Below are positions 55,201-61,200 of a stretch of DNA of 64,000 bases, piece by piece (positions within the stretch are counted from its first letter, which is position 1; the number at the start of each line of letters is the position of its first letter). A model generated the notes under the pieces. The model did not search any database and had not been told where the DNA came from. It saw only the letters and a program-made list of their open reading frames with translations. This DNA comes from Candidatus Omnitrophota bacterium. GTDB taxonomy: Bacteria; Omnitrophota; Gorgyraeia; JAUYCX01. A program made the translations under genes and the position numbers. Location: the NCBI GenBank assembly GCA_030692045.1, contig JAUYCX010000119.1:25688-89687 (forward strand), written 5' to 3'.

Positions 55201-58200
55201 AGCCTACAACGCCTGGAAGGCCTTACATGACCTTATAAAATCTAAACAGCAACCATCAGATAGACTTTCACCCAAACAAGCATATGACGAAGAATGGTAC
55301 ATCTTGCACCGTGAAACACACTTATCTTGGGCAAAGAAGGTTGATGCTAAATTAGGCACACACTATCTTGACAAAATTAGACCTCATAGAGTCAGAAGAC
55401 ATTTAGGCTTGATTGTACCTTTCTTATTGGCAACAGGATTGTTGGCGTTGTCAGTAGACAGAGTCTTTGGCGCAACAGAGAATTCTAATGGAATTTTTGA
55501 AATCAATTCCAATCTGATAACGCTCTCTATCGCGGTTATCATAGGCGTTGTGTTGATAGACCAACTTTCTAAGTTAATCATCAGGCTGAATTTGTCAGAG
55601 ATTATATGTGAAGATGAAGGGGATACGTATGTTCCTTACACAAATAAATCCCAACCATTTTCTAAGGCTATCATTCCAGGCGTATTGGACTTGGTGAATA
55701 TTAGGCATGCCAGAGAGAAGCTTTCAACTCAATTATCGCTCATGAGTTTATTATTAAGAATATTGATATTGGCCGGACTTTCATCTGCCATAGTGTGTGT
55801 TATTCAAGGCAATGGTAGAAAAGCCATTGTAGTTGGGCTTAGCTTAATGATAGGGGCAGCAATAAATGTATTATTTGACGATCTTAGAACTAAACCTCAA
55901 GGCTCAACAGATTGGATTCTGTTATTCGAGTCGCCGCTCTTTACTAATCTCTCTGATATTTTTGTAGATGCGAGTATAGCCTTAATCACAGTATCCCTTG
56001 TTGGCGTTGAACTTCTTTTTCCATCTTTTAAACCGCTACTCAACAATAACAGCTTCGTTGCCATTGCTACTGCTGGCTCAATTTTCGCAGCATTGGCATT
56101 TACTATTGGCAAGGCCCGATATTATTACTTCTTGGTGAATAGTCACAAAGAAACGGTCGTAATCGATGAGGCATTTTCCAGAATCTTGCGTTTCTTAGGC
56201 AAGGGCGGCAAGGCGCTTCGTATTTTGATTCCGTTTATCTTTATGACAATTGCCTCTGTCGGCAGGGCATTGGCTGGAACAGGTAATGCTATATCAACTC
56301 ATCCTTGGATATGGCTTTTAGTTGTAGCAGCTTTTGCTATTGTGGCTGGAGTTTATCCAAGAAATTCAAAAGCTAAACAAAGAGCTGATAGGACACCTAT
56401 TAAGCCACATGCGCCACCGCTTATTAGAAGACTAAGACAGTTGCCTATTGTCTTATTAGTTCTCTTACAATTAGCAACCGCACCTTTAATCTATATCAAC
56501 TTTACAAGGGATGTTTTTGCAGAGCAATCCCAAAACACAACCACAATTCTTGTTAGAGGTCCACCGGCATTAGTTAAGACAGAAGCGGGTTACTTGTTTG
56601 TTTCCCAAGAGGGTAAACCATCCTTACCTTTGGGTGGCGCTGCTTGGTTACTTAGCATTTGGCCGCTTTTGGTAGGGATAGCAATAGTTTTAATTCCATT
56701 ATTATACAGAACAGGAATTATTGTAAGAATAGTTAATGCCACCAAAACAAAGGCACAGGTTAAAGTTGCACCAGTAAGGGCAGGACCAGAAAATAAAATC
56801 GAGGAAGTTCACAAAGACAGTCCTGCAAGCTCACCCTCCGCACAAGCTGCATTTCTCGAGAGAGGTTCCTACCTTAAGTTAATCGAAAGATTGGCAGATA
56901 CCAGTGATGTGTCGCAAGCCACTCTTATGCAGGCATATTTAGACGCCAGAAAAGAACTCTATGAAGCCATTCAGTCAGAAGATGCAAAGTTAAGACAACA
57001 GGCGTTAGATATTTTTAGCTTAGTACATCAAGCATTAGAGATTTCTACTGTATCCAATGTTAGCCTACGGTGGGTTCATACCTTAAATAGATTTCAATTT
57101 GTGCATTGTAATATCTGCGGTTCGGAAGCTCATCTTCCCATCAGTGTATTCTTTATCAATGGTGTGGGTTTTGATATTGATCGATGTCAAAATTGTGGAT
57201 TATTCTTCGTTAATCCTCAGCCTTCAGATAGATTTTATACTGAGCTATACAGTGAAGAATATTTTACTTCAGGCGACGGTCAGGTCGGCTTTAATGGTTA
57301 TGAACACTCCAGAAGAACTACTATCGCGCGCCTACAATTAGATACGTTACAGCGATACGCGGAAAGAATCAGAGATTTCCTTGAGGTAGGAGGTGCTACG
57401 GGTTATGTATTAAGAGAAGCAAGAAATCGAGGTTGGAAGACCAAGGCGGTGGAAATTTCTGATTATTGTGCGGGTAAACTCAGAGAACAGGGTTTTGACG
57501 TCTATCAAGGTAATTTAGAGGAAGCTGGATATTCAGATGAAAGTTTTGATGCAATGGCTGGCTTTGACTTGTTAGAACATGTGCGCAACCCGTTTGCTTT
57601 CTTGAAAGAGGCAAATCGTATTTTAAGAAACGGTGGTCATATTATTCTGAGGGTTCCTCGCGTCCCTGACACTACTAAAGGACCAACTGTCCATTTAATT
57701 GATCATCTTTATCACTTTACGCCGGATAGTATTATTAAGTTATTGGAGCGTGCTGGCTTTGAAGTGGTAAATGTAGAAGATAGTGGCGCTTTCTATTCAG
57801 AAGAAGGCGTAGGCTTAAATTTAACAGTGGTGGCTTATAAACTTGACCCAGTTGGTTCTAAGCCAAAGATAAATGCAGTTAATTTACGCACAAATAGAGG
57901 CAGTTCCAATATTCATTATTTACTCGCCTCTGTTTTGACTCTGCCATTTTTGTTCTTACTAAATCGTTATATCTTTTACACAGCAGTTAATAATTTATTA
58001 TCACATAATCTCCTCGGTATACTTTCTTCGATACTTAATTTAGGCTTTTTCTACGTTCTGCTCTTCACAGCTACTTATAATATTATTACTACAATTTTGA
58101 TCCTCTTTGATTCAAGAACAAAAGGCTGGTTGAGTGAATCTAAATACGCCACCGCTATTCCCAAGTTTAAGCCCGAAGGTATGCCTTATCCAAGCCACAC

Positions 58201-61200
58201 AGTTATGGTGCCAGTCTATAAAGAAGATTGGGCAACTGTAAGAGAGACCTTGGATGCTGCCTTGGCAGCTACAACTAACTATAATCGGGTTGCCGGGGAA
58301 GGAAGAGGTAATATTGTTGTTTGTGATGACGGGCTGATGGTAATGACAAATAATCATCCTTTTGAGTTTATTGAGAGAGTAAAGGCAAAAAGAGTTGTAG
58401 GACTTGCTCTTACGCAGGTAGAACAGGAAGTTTTAAATCGGATTGAGTATTACCAGGCAAACAATATTACATGCGTGGCCAGACCAAAGCACCAGCCCGG
58501 TATATTTGAAAGAGCCGGACAATTTAAGAAAGGGACCAACTTAAATCACACTCATCTATTAGCTGATTTAATCGATGAATCAATGAATAGGGGTCTAAGC
58601 TATGCAGATGCGCTGGAAGAAGCACGCAATAATCCAGAATACAAAAACACCTTCATTATGGGCCAAGTGAACTTAGGAGAAGTAATGCTATTCCTCGATA
58701 AAGATTCCTTGATTGGCTCAGATATTATCAGAAAAGTTATGTCTGAATTCTTATTAGATACCCGTATCGCTGGTGTCGTAATAAGAGGCGCTGCCATTAA
58801 TGAGAATGAGAATGTTTTTACCTCTATTTATGGACAGGGAATGAAAGTATTCTTCTGGCCATTGACGAGATTATGGGCTAAATATGGAGCGAGCTTGTTT
58901 TATGGTAAAGGGTTCTTCAGGAGAGATGTATTAAGGAGGATAGGATATTGGCCATATAAGCAGGTTGCAGAAGACATGGTTGCATCTTTTGGCGCCATAA
59001 CGCTTAAAGATGAAGCCAGAGGAGAGAATTATTACTTTAAGTTTGTGGATTATCCAATGGAAGCGCTCAAAGAAGGTATACCCAATCGACCGGTGTCTGC
59101 AATTATTCAATTCCGTAAATTTACCTATGCTTCGCTTAATGCGGTTTTTCGTCCTCTAAAAGAGTGGTTACTGCATAGCCCATTCCAAAGAGTATTTATA
59201 GATCTCTTAAAAGATAAAGGAGTACGCTGGGAGCAGAAAATTCATATTCTTTATACATTTAGCTATTACTTGAACTCTCTATTTATCATTGGTGTTTTCT
59301 TTAAGCACCTTATCTTCTCATCGCTTTTGGGTATTCATTCCAATCATACTTGGCATTTGTTGTTTGGAATATTTGTAGGTTCTATACCATTTACTACCAT
59401 TACCATCGCTTCTTACATTAAAGCCTGGAGAGTGAATAGAGAGACATTCTCATCGGTTAAATTTATCGGAAGAATTATACCTCGCGCATTACTTGTTTAC
59501 TTTGCGTTAATCGTATTCTTCTTAGGAATGGGTTTCCATACCTTTACTTCTGCAAGTAACTACTTGGTATTTAATAAAAAAGTTATCTTTGGAACTACGC
59601 CTACAGATAAAGAAGATTTTCGTCCAGTTAGAGAGATTGCGTCCGATATTGCAAGACAGCTTAAGCCAGGACTTATTACAAGTTTAATTTATTTGGTCTT
59701 GGCTATCGTAGCCCTTGGTTTGGGCCGCTTCAATGCCACCGAGCTGTACTTGGTAGTTCCTGGCTTATTGAGCAGCGTCTCAGCGATTATCGCACCTTTT
59801 GCTTTTGATGCGCAATTGATGAGGAAGATACGTCAGGAAATAAAGAGTAGTGTTTCAAATTTACTCGGTAAGATATCTGATCGATTCGGTAGATTTAGAC
59901 TTGGACTTAGATGGAGACCTGGCGTTGAAATTAGCCCACAGCCAGTAATGGTGACAGAAAATTTATGTTTCAGGCCCAGAGTTATAATGAGAAGTCAAAA
60001 GGTAACGCCTATAATAAGGACTATTCTGTTTACGATACTGCTTAATCTTCTTCCTGCGAATGGCCGTTTTGTTACCCTAGCCGAAGAGCAAAATGTAATA
60101 GTTGTAGTAATGCCAACGCCGCAGTTGACAGAGCTAAAAACAATTGATACTAATGCAGCTTATCAGTGGATTAAATCCCAAATTCATCCTAAAACAGGAC
60201 TGGTAAGGTCATTTGAAAATCTTCCCAAGGAAGACCCATCTTTTGGCGTAACCTGGACGTATAATCAGGCGCAAGCTATACAAGCTGCGCTTGCCCAAGG
60301 CGATGTTAGAACTGCCGAGCGCTTAGCTAAAGCAGCATTGAGATTAAAGAAGAATAATGGCGCTTGGTTTGGCGCATATGTCACAGAAACCGCTGAAGTA
60401 GCCACAGCTCTTCCAGAACAAAAGACCAGCGCAGTTGGATTTAATCTGGCTATGGGACATTCTCTGTTAAATCTTTTAGAAAAGACAGAAGATAAAGACT
60501 TAGCCGCACAAATTATCAGCGCTGTTATGGATTTAGCAGGGTGGTTAAATTATTATTATCGTGATGAAGGTAAGTATGCATTTGTCACTAACGCAGAGAA
60601 TAATAATGGCGTGCGCACAGAATTTAATGAGCGCACCTTTGCCTTCTATTATCAGCTGTATAACCAGTTTAATAACAGGCAACATCCTTATAGGGCATAT
60701 TTAAAGGAAGCGATAAAGGTAAAACAAGCCCGGGAATTAAAGACAAGAGCAGATAAGATTGTCAAATGGCATCAAGAGAAGATGTACAACCAAGAAAAAG
60801 GCCGTTATGAAGCTGGATATAAAGATGCCGATAGTAAAGAACTCATTGAAGAACTTATCGCAAATCTTCCTAAAGATGACCCGCGATACTGGGCAAGAGA
60901 TATGTGGGGCTATCCGCAATACTTAGCTCCAATTATGGCATCTGTGGCAGGGCTTAATCCCCAAGATTTTGCCGGCGGACTGGATTGGCTCTTAGCCCAT
61001 CAATCTACCGTTGAAATTGACGGCAAAACCTATAAAGGTTTCCCGCGCTGGTTAGGCACTCCTTCTTTATGGGGTAAAGGCATATCAGAAGCAACTGTGG
61101 CTTTGCAATTAGTTGGACGCAACAAAGAAGCAGAAGAATTGTTATTGACATTATCTGCAATGCAGCAGGAAAATGGCAGTATCTTAGAGGCAGTAGGTGA

